Source: Gemmatimonadota bacterium | GTDB taxonomy: Bacteria; Gemmatimonadota; Gemmatimonadetes; Gemmatimonadales; GWC2-71-9 | NCBI GenBank assembly: GCA_003246755.1 | Contig: QKDC01000165.1 | Span: 1,651 to 65,650, forward strand | Direction: 5' to 3' | DNA: 64,000 bases | In this document: piece after piece, positions 18,005 through 26,886 of the stretch | How the letters are laid out: the number at the start of each line of letters is the position of its first letter | Position numbering within the stretch: the stretch's first letter is position 1 | Position numbers and translations under genes: made by a program | The notes under the pieces: model-generated | What the model saw: only the letters and a program-made list of their open reading frames with translations | The model's database searches: none | What the model was told of the DNA's origin: nothing

Positions 18005-18613
18005 TTGAGGACCCTCGTGACTGATTTGGAGCGGTTTTTTGAGCGGCTTGCCCGCAACGTGATTGCCTTGGACCCTGCTCGTGTGAACCAGCCCATCCCG
18101 ATCATGGATATCAAGCAGCAGATTCTTCCCTACCGTACCAATCGCCGGGCGCTCGCTCTGGAGAGCAACGATGAGTATGAGGAGTTGCTCATCAGGCTCG
18201 TGGGCGAGGAGGGAGGATACGTGAAGACAGAACCCCCTGAGGTCGCTGAATGGTGTCAGCGGCAGGTGGCGAGTCTCACTCCCGACCTGTCAGGGATCCC
18301 GGGCCAGGCCAGCGCGGTCTTGGTGATCAACCCGGAAGCGATGGTCCGGGTCTTTGGTGAAGACGCTGTCGCCGAGCTCGTGCAGGCCGGTCCCGAGGGT
18401 CTGTCAGCTGGCGCCCTGGCGCTACCGCCTGAAAAGTGCCCGCACTGCGATACGGCGCTTCCGCGGGAACGGGCCATCAATTTCTGCCAAGCCTGCGGGC
18501 GCAGCGTCATCATGGTACCATGTGACCACTGTGGGGCCGACATGGAGCCAGGATGGCGATTCTGTGTTTCCTGTGGCCAGGAAACCACGGAAACATCGCA
18601 GGGCGCCCACTAG
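18005..18613 (+). CDS. Double zinc-ribbon protein with unknown N-terminal domain
   Basis: C-terminal CPHCDTALPRERAINFCQACG...CDHCGADMEPGWRFCVSCG (four CxxC pairs). Start codon uncertain (TTG 18005 or GTG 18017). Confidence 0.55.
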   Translation: MRTLVTDLERFFERLARNVIALDPARVNQPIPIMDIKQQILPYRTNRRALALESNDEYEELLIRLVGEEGGYVKTEPPEVAEWCQRQVASLTPDLSGIPGQASAVLVINPEAMVRVFGEDAVAELVQAGPEGLSAGALALPPEKCPHCDTALPRERAINFCQACGRSVIMVPCDHCGADMEPGWRFCVSCGQETTETSQGAH

Positions 18614-18622
18614 TCTCCACCA

Positions 18623-19810
18623 ATGGTCGTGTTCCTGTCCGGTGTGCGGACCGGCTTCGGTGCATTCGGCGGGAGTCTGCGAGGCCAATCCGCAACCGAT
18701 CTCGGCGCCTTGGCCGCCACCGCTGCCGTAGTGCGTTCCGGACTCGCCGCTGATCGCATCGGACACGTGATCTTCGGGAATGTCGTTCAGACTTCCGCGG
18801 ACGCTGCTTACCTAGCCAGACACGTTGGTCTCCGCGCTGGACTCCCCATCCAAACACCCGCCGTCACCGTGAACAGGCTTTGCGGCTCAGGCTTCGAAGC
18901 GATTGTCCAGGGAGCTCATCGCATCCTGCTCGGCGAAGTGGAGGCGGTACTCGCGGGTGGAGCCGAGTCGATGAGCATGGCCCCTCACGTGGTACGAGGT
19001 GCGCGCTGGGGGATGCGTCTGGGTTCGCCACCTCCGCTCGAGGACTCGCTCTGGGCTGCGTTGACCGATGCCCAGTGCGGACTCTCCATGGCCGAAACGG
19101 CGGAAGGCCTCGCGGACCGGTACGCGCTCACCCGGGAGGAGGTAGACCAGGTCGCACTCCGGAGCCAGGAGACGGCCCGGGCAGCCTGGGAGGGCGGAGC
19201 GTTTCAGGAGGAAGTCGTCCCCATAGATCTCATGCACCCCAAAACCAAGAAGGTCTCGCCCTGGATCGCAGACGAGCACATGCGGCCCGAGACCACTGCC
19301 GAGGTCCTGGCGACTCTTCCGCCCTATTTCCGGAAAGACGGGGTGGTCACGGCGGGGAATGCCTCAGGAATCGTTGATGGCGCAGCGGCGGTGGTGTTGG
19401 GGAGCGAAAAACTCGCCGAGACCCTTGGGCTCGAACCGTTGGGCCGACTGGTGTCCTGGGGGGTGGTTGGGGTCGATCCCGCGGTGATGGGCATCGGTCC
19501 CGTTCCCGCCTCGCGTCAGGCCCTCGACCGAGGGGGCCTGACGCTGGACCAGATGGATCTGATTGAGATCAACGAAGCGTTCGCAGCGCAGTATCTTGCG
19601 GTAGAGCGCGAACTCGAGTTGGATCGCTCTCGGACGAATACCGAAGGGGGCGCGATCGCCATCGGGCATCCTCTCGGCGCGACCGGAACGCGGATCGCGC
19701 TGCACCTGCTGCATGCATTACGTCGGAGCGGTGGAAAATATGGACTCGGCGCCGCCTGTATCGGTGGGGGGCAAGGCGCCGCGCTGGTTGTCGAAGCATT
19801 CCCCGCCTGA
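18623..19810 (+). CDS. Acetyl-CoA C-acetyltransferase (thiolase II)
   Basis: Active-site [28 protein letters not shown]-terminal [18 protein letters not shown]. Confidence 0.9.
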   Translation: MVVFLSGVRTGFGAFGGSLRGQSATDLGALAATAAVVRSGLAADRIGHVIFGNVVQTSADAAYLARHVGLRAGLPIQTPAVTVNRLCGSGFEAIVQGAHRILLGEVEAVLAGGAESMSMAPHVVRGARWGMRLGSPPPLEDSLWAALTDAQCGLSMAETAEGLADRYALTREEVDQVALRSQETARAAWEGGAFQEEVVPIDLMHPKTKKVSPWIADEHMRPETTAEVLATLPPYFRKDGVVTAGNASGIVDGAAAVVLGSEKLAETLGLEPLGRLVSWGVVGVDPAVMGIGPVPASRQALDRGGLTLDQMDLIEINEAFAAQYLAVERELELDRSRTNTEGGAIAIGHPLGATGTRIALHLLHALRRSGGKYGLGAACIGGGQGAALVVEAFPA

Positions 19811-19823
19811 AGGAGAACGCATC

Positions 19824-20690
19824 ATGGGAGTCCTACTCGCCCTGCTCGGTGGATTGGTTGCCTACTCGTTCCTGAGCCTTCGTGTGCTGAAGCAGTACGA
19901 GCGGGCTGTGGCGTTTTTCTTGGGTCGCTACTGGGGGACCAAGGGCCCAGGGCTGATCTTCCTGCCCGTCGGATTTGCGAGTCAGAAACGGGTCTCCTTG
20001 CGGATCGTCGCCATGGATATCCCACCCCAGGATGTCATCACTCGAGACAACGTGTCCGTGAAGGTGAATGCGGTGCTGTACATGCGGGTGCAAAGCCCCG
20101 CAGAGGCGATTATCGAAATCGAGGATTACCGGTATGCAACGAGCCAACTCGCCCAGACCACCCTGCGATCGGTGCTCGGCGAGGTTGAGTTGGACGAACT
20201 GCTCTCCGATCGCGAAAAGATCAACGGGATTCTCAAGGGGATCATCGACAGTCGAACCGACGCCTGGGGAATCGAAGTGGCCGCCGTCGAAGTCAAGGAC
20301 GTTGATCTCCCCCAAGAGATGAAACGCGCGATGGCACGACAAGCGGAGGCGGAGCGGGAGCGACGAGCCAAGGTCATTGCAGCCCAGGGAGAGTTGCAGG
20401 CATCTCAGACCTTGGCGGAGGCAGCCAAGGTGCTCGCCCAAGAGCCCACGGCGCTCCAGCTCCGGTATTTGCAGACCGTCGTGGAGATCGCAGCAGAGAA
20501 CAACTCAACAACCATTTTCCCTGTGCCCATCGAGATGATCCGACCGTTCATTCCGGAACTGCGCCGACAGGACACCTCCGCGGCGGCGGCGAACAAGGGG
20601 ACCGATGCCCTCCCCGCCCCTGACCTGTCTGCACTCTTGCCGCAGTTCAAGACCGGGGAAAAGACCAAGAAGCCCGACGCGGAGCAGTGA
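19824..20690 (+). CDS. SPFH/Band 7 (stomatin-like) membrane protein
   Basis: Track ORF 19713..20690 trimmed to ATG 19824 ([16 protein letters not shown]...). [13 protein letters not shown] and [20 protein letters not shown] blocks. AE/R-rich coiled-coil tail. Confidence 0.9.
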   Translation: MGVLLALLGGLVAYSFLSLRVLKQYERAVAFFLGRYWGTKGPGLIFLPVGFASQKRVSLRIVAMDIPPQDVITRDNVSVKVNAVLYMRVQSPAEAIIEIEDYRYATSQLAQTTLRSVLGEVELDELLSDREKINGILKGIIDSRTDAWGIEVAAVEVKDVDLPQEMKRAMARQAEAERERRAKVIAAQGELQASQTLAEAAKVLAQEPTALQLRYLQTVVEIAAENNSTTIFPVPIEMIRPFIPELRRQDTSAAAANKGTDALPAPDLSALLPQFKTGEKTKKPDAEQ

Positions 20691-21583
20691 CCAACGGACC
20701 TCCAGCTCGAATAGATCGGGAGGCGCTGGAGCGGATTCTTCAGCGGGCGGCGGAGCTCCAGGCCATCGAGGGTGACCCCGGCGACGAACTCTCGACCCAA
20801 GAGGTCTTGGCCCTCGGCAAAGAAGTCGGCATTCCCGCCATGTATCTCCAACGCGCCATGGTCGAGGAACAGTCACGGCTCCAGTTGTCACTCTCCGGGG
20901 CTTCAGGGCTGCTGGATCGAGCCGTCGGTCCTGCTGAGATCTCCGCGTTGCGCGTCGTGAACGCAGAGCCCGATGTGATCGAACGCGAGCTGATCGCCTG
21001 GATGGAGAAGAATGAGCTGTTGGTCGTGCAGCGTCATCAGTCTGGACGCGTATCGTGGGAACGAATGAGAGGTATGCAGGCGGCCCTGAGAAGGGGGATG
21101 TCCGGTCTGCAATCAGGGCCTGTTCGGTTCATGCTGATGCGGGCCGACACGGTCAGGGCCTCCATCACACCTCTGGAAACCGGTTACAGCCACGTCAGTC
21201 TCATCGCCACACTCGGCAGCGCCCGTTCGTCCTACATCGGCGGGGCCCTGGCGGTCGGATCCATCGGTCTGGCTGGCGCCGCCGTTCTCTTCGCCTTCGG
21301 ACTGGGCCTCCTCGCCCTCGCTCCGCTCCCGGCAGCCTTCGGCGCAGGTTGGGGTATTACTCGCCTCTTTTCTCCCGTTGCTCGTCGTGTACAACTCGGC
21401 CTCGAAAGGGCCCTTGACCACGTCGAGGCCGTGGGTCAGCGCGGTGGACAGGGAAAGGTGCTTCCGCCCAAGACGACAGGGTTACTGGAGGTCCTCGCCG
21501 GGGAGGTCCGCAAAGCGATCGCGGCCTCCACCTCTCGGCCACCTTCCCAACCTCCGCGCTCTGCACCACCTCGCCGACGATGA
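20687..21583 (+). CDS. Membrane protein of unknown function, translationally coupled to the SPFH gene
   Basis: GTGA overlap at 20687-20690. Soluble helical N-terminus. Two Gly/Ala-rich TM segments ([40 protein letters not shown]). Pro/Arg-rich tail. Confidence 0.55.
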   Translation: MTNGPPARIDREALERILQRAAELQAIEGDPGDELSTQEVLALGKEVGIPAMYLQRAMVEEQSRLQLSLSGASGLLDRAVGPAEISALRVVNAEPDVIERELIAWMEKNELLVVQRHQSGRVSWERMRGMQAALRRGMSGLQSGPVRFMLMRADTVRASITPLETGYSHVSLIATLGSARSSYIGGALAVGSIGLAGAAVLFAFGLGLLALAPLPAAFGAGWGITRLFSPVARRVQLGLERALDHVEAVGQRGGQGKVLPPKTTGLLEVLAGEVRKAIAASTSRPPSQPPRSAPPRRR

Positions 21584-22464
21584 GCTCCTTTACCCGGATC
21601 GGGGTTGTGGGCGCGGGTTTGATGGGACATGGCATAGCCCAGGTGGCTTCGGTTGCCGGTTTTGAGACCGTCGTGCGCGACCTCGACGAGAGGGTTCTGG
21701 ATCGGGCCAAGCGGGGGATCGCGCGGTCACTCGAGAAGTTCGTCGAGAAGGGGTCCCTGCAGGCCGCCGAGCGAGCCGGCGCTCTCGAGCGACTCACCTT
21801 CACCACCGATCTGGCAACCATGGCCGAGGCGGATCTGGTGATCGAGGCCATTCCCGAGGACCTGACTCTCAAGAACGCGCTTTGGGAAACGTTGGCCGGA
21901 ATCGCCCCGGCTGAAACCGTCTTTGCCACCAACACATCGAGTCTTGCGATCGCGGACATGGCGCCCTCCTCGGGGCGACCCGAGCGATTTCTGGGACTGC
22001 ATTTCTTCAGTCCGGTACCGATGATGCCACTCGTAGAGGTCGTGCGAGGAGTGGGAACCTCCGCCGAAACCGTCGATCGGGTTTCAGAATTCGCTCGGCG
22101 ACTCGGCAAACAAGTGATCGTGGCCCGGGACGCTCCGGGCTTCATCGTGAACCGGTTGCTGGTTCCTTACCTGATGGATGCCGTTCGAGTAGTCGAAGAG
22201 GGTTTGGGCACGATCCCAGACATCGACCTTGGGATGAAACTCGGTTGTGGGCACCCGATGGGGCCACTGACGCTGCTGGATATGATCGGGTTGGACACGG
22301 CCTGTCGGGTGGCCGAGGTGCTGCACTCGGGGCTCCATGAGGAACGGTTTGCCCCGCCGGCTCTTCTGCGACGCCTGGTTGAGGAGGGCCACTTGGGGCG
22401 GAAGACCGGGCGTGGGTTCTACGACTATGCGACGGAGCCTCCCGTGGCGATGGTCATCGAGTGA
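21580..22464 (+). CDS. hbd: 3-hydroxybutyryl-CoA dehydrogenase
   Basis: ATGA overlap at 21580-21583. NAD fold IGVVGAGLMGHGIAQV. Typical HBD length and C-terminal domain. Confidence 0.9.
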   Translation: MSSFTRIGVVGAGLMGHGIAQVASVAGFETVVRDLDERVLDRAKRGIARSLEKFVEKGSLQAAERAGALERLTFTTDLATMAEADLVIEAIPEDLTLKNALWETLAGIAPAETVFATNTSSLAIADMAPSSGRPERFLGLHFFSPVPMMPLVEVVRGVGTSAETVDRVSEFARRLGKQVIVARDAPGFIVNRLLVPYLMDAVRVVEEGLGTIPDIDLGMKLGCGHPMGPLTLLDMIGLDTACRVAEVLHSGLHEERFAPPALLRRLVEEGHLGRKTGRGFYDYATEPPVAMVIE

Positions 22465-22985
22465 GACGCTGGCTCGGGGTGCTCTTGGTTGCCGTCCTTC
22501 CGGCCTGCCAGGCGAGCACGACTCGCCCCGGCTTCATGCCCATGCCGGAGGAACAGAGCTACGAAGTCCGACTCACCGTGCCGGAGGCCACCCGACTTCT
22601 CGCCGCTGCAATCGCGGACAGCTTTCCTCTGAAGCGGGTGGAGGAACGGGACGGGTATCTGGAAACCGAATGGTTTTCCGTGCCGGGGTTTACGCCAGTG
22701 AAGGGGCGCGCGCTGAACTCAGCCGTGGACAAGATCCGGGGATGGATTGACCCCGGGCCCCCGTTCCACAGTGTGATCACCGTCGAGATCGTCTACCGGT
22801 TCGCCGATGACCCCTCGCGCGATCCGCGCGAGTTCGAACGCTCGGTCCATGAGACCCACACCGCTCGACGGATGATGCTCGGAATCCTCAAGGGACTGAC
22901 CGATAGGTACGGAGACACCGCGGGCGAAGTGATCTTGTTCGGGAGCGACACCCTGCGGGTCCAACCCGATACGGCAGGAAACTAG
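22461..22985 (+). CDS. Lipoprotein of unknown function
   Basis: GTGA overlap at 22461-22464. Lipobox-like LVAVLPAC. Confidence 0.5.
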   Translation: MRRWLGVLLVAVLPACQASTTRPGFMPMPEEQSYEVRLTVPEATRLLAAAIADSFPLKRVEERDGYLETEWFSVPGFTPVKGRALNSAVDKIRGWIDPGPPFHSVITVEIVYRFADDPSRDPREFERSVHETHTARRMMLGILKGLTDRYGDTAGEVILFGSDTLRVQPDTAGN

Positions 22986-23776
22986 GCGACGTAGGCCCGG
23001 ACCCAATCCTCCAACTGCCCCAGATCGACGACGGCATCTTTGCAGGGCCCGCTCGGCAGTTGCATGGTGAGCCCGAGGACCGGCACTCGACCGGCCACGT
23101 CGTGCAGTCCGCTGACCATGTCTCGCTCACACGCAACCGCAACGACCGCGCGCGGTCGTCGCTCGCGAATGGCCCTTCGAGCCATTTGTCCCCGTGTCGC
23201 GACGAACACGGGGACCGTGTACTTCCCCGCCACGGAGAGCACGCCTTCGAGGGTTTCGCGAGAGAGGCAGCGGGGGACCAACAAGAGGAGCTCACCTTCC
23301 CCCACCTTCCTCTTGCGGAGACGGGCGAGAGTATTGAACACCTTGACCGACGCATTCTCTACGCGATCTCGCCATCCGAACCGATCGGCGATACGTGAAG
23401 TGAGCCGCATGAGACGGAGGAACGGACCGCGCTCCGCGAGGCGTTCGGGAAGCAGGGGGAGGCCGAGGGCGAATGAGAGCGACAGCAGAACCCACCAAAC
23501 GCCGATCGTCCCGGCGATGATCGCGAATCCCACCGTGAGCACGGAAGTCGCGCCCGGTTCCACCGCCGTGAGGTGTGGTTCCAGCAGGAAGATCACGACG
23601 CGCAGGACCCCCAGCGCGAACACCGCAGCCACTGCTGACCACACGAAGAACCACACGGGTGAGGAATCGAAGTTGCCCTGGTTGGGCAACGGTGTCCCGT
23701 CCCATTCGTCCCACTCGTGGCCCAGTCGCCGGTCGGTCTCCAGGTGAATGAGCTGGGCCTTGGGGTGGTCTGCCAT
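22982..23776 (-). CDS. DUF116-like membrane protein
   Basis: N-terminal TM segments. C-terminal LLLLVPRCL...AVVAVACERDMVSG...GPCKD resembles the DUF116 pattern (recalled, not searched). Its stop shares the palindrome CTAG with the convergent gene. Confidence 0.45.
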   Translation of the reverse strand: MADHPKAQLIHLETDRRLGHEWDEWDGTPLPNQGNFDSSPVWFFVWSAVAAVFALGVLRVVIFLLEPHLTAVEPGATSVLTVGFAIIAGTIGVWWVLLSLSFALGLPLLPERLAERGPFLRLMRLTSRIADRFGWRDRVENASVKVFNTLARLRKRKVGEGELLLLVPRCLSRETLEGVLSVAGKYTVPVFVATRGQMARRAIRERRPRAVVAVACERDMVSGLHDVAGRVPVLGLTMQLPSGPCKDAVVDLGQLEDWVRAYVA

Positions 23777-23870
23777 GAGGAAAACATAGCGCTGCAGTCG
23801 GCTTTTGCCGACTGTGCCTCAGGACTACCTTTGCCGGAGTAGCCGACCGACTCTTCCCGGGGAGAGGAGC

Positions 23871-24665
23871 ATGCAGCAACATCTGGATCTGATGCGTTTG
23901 ATTCTGGACCGTGGATGCACCAGAGCCGACAGGACCGGCACCGGGACCCTCAGTGTGTTCGGCCATCAGATGCGTTTCGACCTCGCCGACCGTTTCCCGT
24001 TGCTCACCACCAAGAAGGTCCACCTCAAGTCGATCATCCACGAACTCCTCTGGTTCCTCCGGGGGGAAACCAACGTCTCGTCACTCCGGGCGGAGGGGGT
24101 CACTATCTGGGACGAGTGGGCGGACGAACATGGGGATCTGGGGCCGGTCTACGGGTCGCAATGGAGGTCGTGGCCGGCGGCGGATGGTTCCCGGATCGAT
24201 CAGATTGCCCAGGTGGTGAAGGGGATTCGGGAAACGCCGGATTCCCGTCGCCTGATCGTGAGTGCCTGGAATGTGGCCGACATTCCCCGGATGGCCCTGG
24301 CGCCCTGCCACGTGCTGTTCCAATTCCACGTGACGGAGGGGCGCCTCTCCTGTCAGCTGTATCAACGCAGCGCGGATGTCTTCCTGGGTGTGCCGTTCAA
24401 CATCGCGTCCTACGCGCTCCTCACCATGATGATCGCTCAGGTGACCGGACTGACTCCCGGTGAGCTGATCATCAGTCTGGGCGACTGTCATCTCTACCTG
24501 AACCACATGGAGCAGGCGCGTCTTCAGCTGAGCAGGGAACCCAGGGCGGGACCCACGATGCGTCTCAACCCGGCGGTGGTCGAACTCGACCAATTCCGAT
24601 ACGAGGACTTCACCCTCGAGGGCTACCACCCACACCCACGGATTCCTGCACCGGTCGCAGTGTGA
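23871..24665 (+). CDS. thyA: Thymidylate synthase
   Basis: Track ORF trimmed to ATG 23871, 1 nt after [20 protein letters not shown] motif. Active-site [13 protein letters not shown]. Confidence 0.95.
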   Translation: MQQHLDLMRLILDRGCTRADRTGTGTLSVFGHQMRFDLADRFPLLTTKKVHLKSIIHELLWFLRGETNVSSLRAEGVTIWDEWADEHGDLGPVYGSQWRSWPAADGSRIDQIAQVVKGIRETPDSRRLIVSAWNVADIPRMALAPCHVLFQFHVTEGRLSCQLYQRSADVFLGVPFNIASYALLTMMIAQVTGLTPGELIISLGDCHLYLNHMEQARLQLSREPRAGPTMRLNPAVVELDQFRYEDFTLEGYHPHPRIPAPVAV

Positions 24666-25171
24666 TCGTCTCCCTGGTGGCTGCCGTTGCCCAGAACGGC
24701 GTGATCGGGTCCGCTGGTGGTTTGCCCTGGAGTCTTCCGGATGATCTGCGCCACTTCAAGCGCCTCACCTTGGATCACACGGTTATCATGGGCCGCCGCA
24801 CCTTCGAGGAAATCAGGCATCCGCTCGCCAACCGCCGCAACGTGGTGATTTCGAGGAATCCCAACTTCTCTCCGTTGGGTGTCACCGTCGTTCCGAACTT
24901 GCAGGAGGCTCTGGCCCTGGGTGCCACCGAGGCAGAGGTCTTCGTAATCGGTGGTGGCGAGATCTATCGGCTCGCGCTTCCTTGGGCCGATCGGCTCTAT
25001 CTGACCTTCGTTCATGCGACCGTCGAAGGCGACACCACCTTCCCCGCGTTTGATGATGACGCCTGGGCGCTCGTCAGCGAGGAGTACCATCCACCGGACG
25101 ACCGCCATGCCCACGGGTTCACCTTCCGGGAGTACCACCGCCTTCGAAATTCGTCGCGACCCCCGTGCTGA
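24662..25171 (+). CDS. folA: Dihydrofolate reductase
   Basis: GTGA overlap with thy[41 protein letters not shown]. Confidence 0.9.
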   Translation: MIVSLVAAVAQNGVIGSAGGLPWSLPDDLRHFKRLTLDHTVIMGRRTFEEIRHPLANRRNVVISRNPNFSPLGVTVVPNLQEALALGATEAEVFVIGGGEIYRLALPWADRLYLTFVHATVEGDTTFPAFDDDAWALVSEEYHPPDDRHAHGFTFREYHRLRNSSRPPC

Positions 25172-26438
25172 CCCCCCGAAGGACGGGTGGTGCTGCGAGG
25201 AACGCCCCTGCCGCGAACACGAGTGCTGAGCCCCACACCAGAGAGGCATCACCCAGGACCATTCCCCCACCTACTCCGAGGATCCCGACTGCCAGGGCCA
25301 CCACCGAGCTCCATTGCCAGCGACTCGGTGACCAGACCGCGGTTGCGGCTTTGGGCCGTGCGCCGTGCGCAGCGGCGAGGAGCGTTGCCACACGAGGGAC
25401 CACCCGGGTCATCACGCCGAGCGCCATCAGACAAAGCCAACCGACGATGGCGAAGAATGCATATGCGGCCCAGATCCGCCCGCCGGTGACCTGCGTGCCG
25501 AGAAGCACCAAGCCGAGCACCAGGGTGACGCCATAGCTGCTGACCGCCAGCAGAATGGTGCCGAGGGAGGCATCGAGAGCGCTCCGCCGGGTACGGAAGT
25601 GTCCCAGCATCATGCGAAGGTGGATACCGACCGCGAGCGCCATGACGATCGATCCGAGCGTCGTCAGCGGCCGCCATTGGAGCAGCACTCCGGTGACGTA
25701 GAGGATCAGACCCGAGCTCGCCCACCGCTGGAATCGCGTCAGACTGCCTTCAGGAGCTGACGCTGCTTGGAGGAACGCGGGAAGCATCCTGCTTCCCACA
25801 CCGGCAATCGTGAGACTCCCGAAACCCAAAACGCCCAGGTGGAAGTGTGCGGCAAGGAGCGTGTCTCGGCCGACCGACCACCATCCGAAACCGGCACCGA
25901 TGCGCGCGCCGGCGAGCAGCAGCACCAACCCTAGCGCCGAGTGTCCGAGGGAAAGGGAATTCCCCACGTCCCGGTTTCGCTTCGCCTTCCTCCGGGCTGG
26001 GAGTGTATTCCAGGAGGCGAACCCCACACCGCAGAGGAGGACGGTCCACCCCACCGCTTGTCCGGCGAGATTCCATCGCCACAACGAGGCCACGAGGGTG
26101 ACTACCCCGGCCTCGAAGGTGAGGAACCCGAGGATTGCCACCCACCACCGCCGGATTGGGACACCCATCACTGCCGGGACGAACTGATGACTTGCGCCGA
26201 AGATGACGGATGCCACCATACCCAACGTGAAGGCGTGGGTTACGGCGAAGACCCTCGGCGAGCTGAGCTGACCGGCGGCGAGGTCGGGTGCGATCACTAC
26301 GAGACCCAGCGCCCCAATCAGGAACCAGAGTTGTCCCGCACCGAAAAACGCCAGGGGTAGGACGTGTGCGGTCTCGACGTCCTGACCGGCCTGAGGAAGG
26401 GGGCTCCCAGTGCGTCTCAACGGGGGAGACGGTGTCAC
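25119..26438 (-). CDS. Polytopic membrane protein (about 12 TM) of unknown function, coupled to padR
   Basis: Track ORF 25119..26603 trimmed to GTG 26438, which overlaps the padR stop (GTGA at 26435-26438). Highly hydrophobic throughout. The 3' end overlaps folA convergently by 53 nt. Confidence 0.6.
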   Translation of the reverse strand: MTPSPPLRRTGSPLPQAGQDVETAHVLPLAFFGAGQLWFLIGALGLVVIAPDLAAGQLSSPRVFAVTHAFTLGMVASVIFGASHQFVPAVMGVPIRRWWVAILGFLTFEAGVVTLVASLWRWNLAGQAVGWTVLLCGVGFASWNTLPARRKAKRNRDVGNSLSLGHSALGLVLLLAGARIGAGFGWWSVGRDTLLAAHFHLGVLGFGSLTIAGVGSRMLPAFLQAASAPEGSLTRFQRWASSGLILYVTGVLLQWRPLTTLGSIVMALAVGIHLRMMLGHFRTRRSALDASLGTILLAVSSYGVTLVLGLVLLGTQVTGGRIWAAYAFFAIVGWLCLMALGVMTRVVPRVATLLAAAHGARPKAATAVWSPSRWQWSSVVALAVGILGVGGGMVLGDASLVWGSALVFAAGAFLAAPPVLRGVSTGVATNFEGGGTPGR

Positions 26439-26803
26439 GAAGTGGAGGCCTGTGCCCAGAGCGCGGGGTGACCATAGCGGGCGACCCGATTCACGGCATC
26501 GACGTACCGGTCCCACTCGCTCAACAACTGGGGCAGTCTGGCTCGACCGGCGGGAGTCAGATGGTAGAACCGGGCGCGGCGCCCATGTTCGGAGACCCCC
26601 CATTCCGAATCGATCAGGCCACGTCGCTGCAGTCGATGCAGGGCGGGGTAGAGCGTGCCTTCCTCAAGGCTGAACGCCCGATCGGTGACCAGGCGAATCC
26701 ATTCCCCGATTCCAGTTCCGTGCGTGGGTTCCCAGCGTAATGCACGCAGGATGCAGAGTTCCAGGGTTCCGGGGAGCAGGGTGAGTGTGGGCGGACCGGA
26801 CAT
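26435..26803 (-). CDS. PadR family transcriptional regulator
   Basis: Trimmed to ATG 26803 (MSGPPTLTLLPGTLELCILRAL). Winged-helix block EGTLYPALHRLQRRGLI...YHLTPAGR. Confidence 0.85.
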   Translation of the reverse strand: MSGPPTLTLLPGTLELCILRALRWEPTHGTGIGEWIRLVTDRAFSLEEGTLYPALHRLQRRGLIDSEWGVSEHGRRARFYHLTPAGRARLPQLLSEWDRYVDAVNRVARYGHPALWAQASTS

Positions 26804-26808
26804 GGTCT

Positions 26809-26845
26809 GGGTAAGGTACTCAATTACCCCTAGTTGCTCTAGGGG
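26809..26845. promoter_or_regulatory. Two overlapping inverted repeats in the padR / glnN divergent intergenic region
   Basis: GGGTAA (26809-26814) N9 TTACCC (26824-26829). CCCCTAG (26827-26833) N5 CTAGGGG (26839-26845). Both sit in a locally AT-richer patch. Confidence 0.3.
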
Positions 26846-26886
26846 AGAAACTGGAGCCGGTCGCCCTGGGTGGCTAGACTTGCCGG

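Noticed and set aside
26871-26884. Sigma-54-like TGGC...TTGC element upstream of glnN
   Set aside because: The GG-to-GC spacing is 2 nt shorter than the -24/-12 consensus, so it is unlikely to be a functional RpoN promoter.
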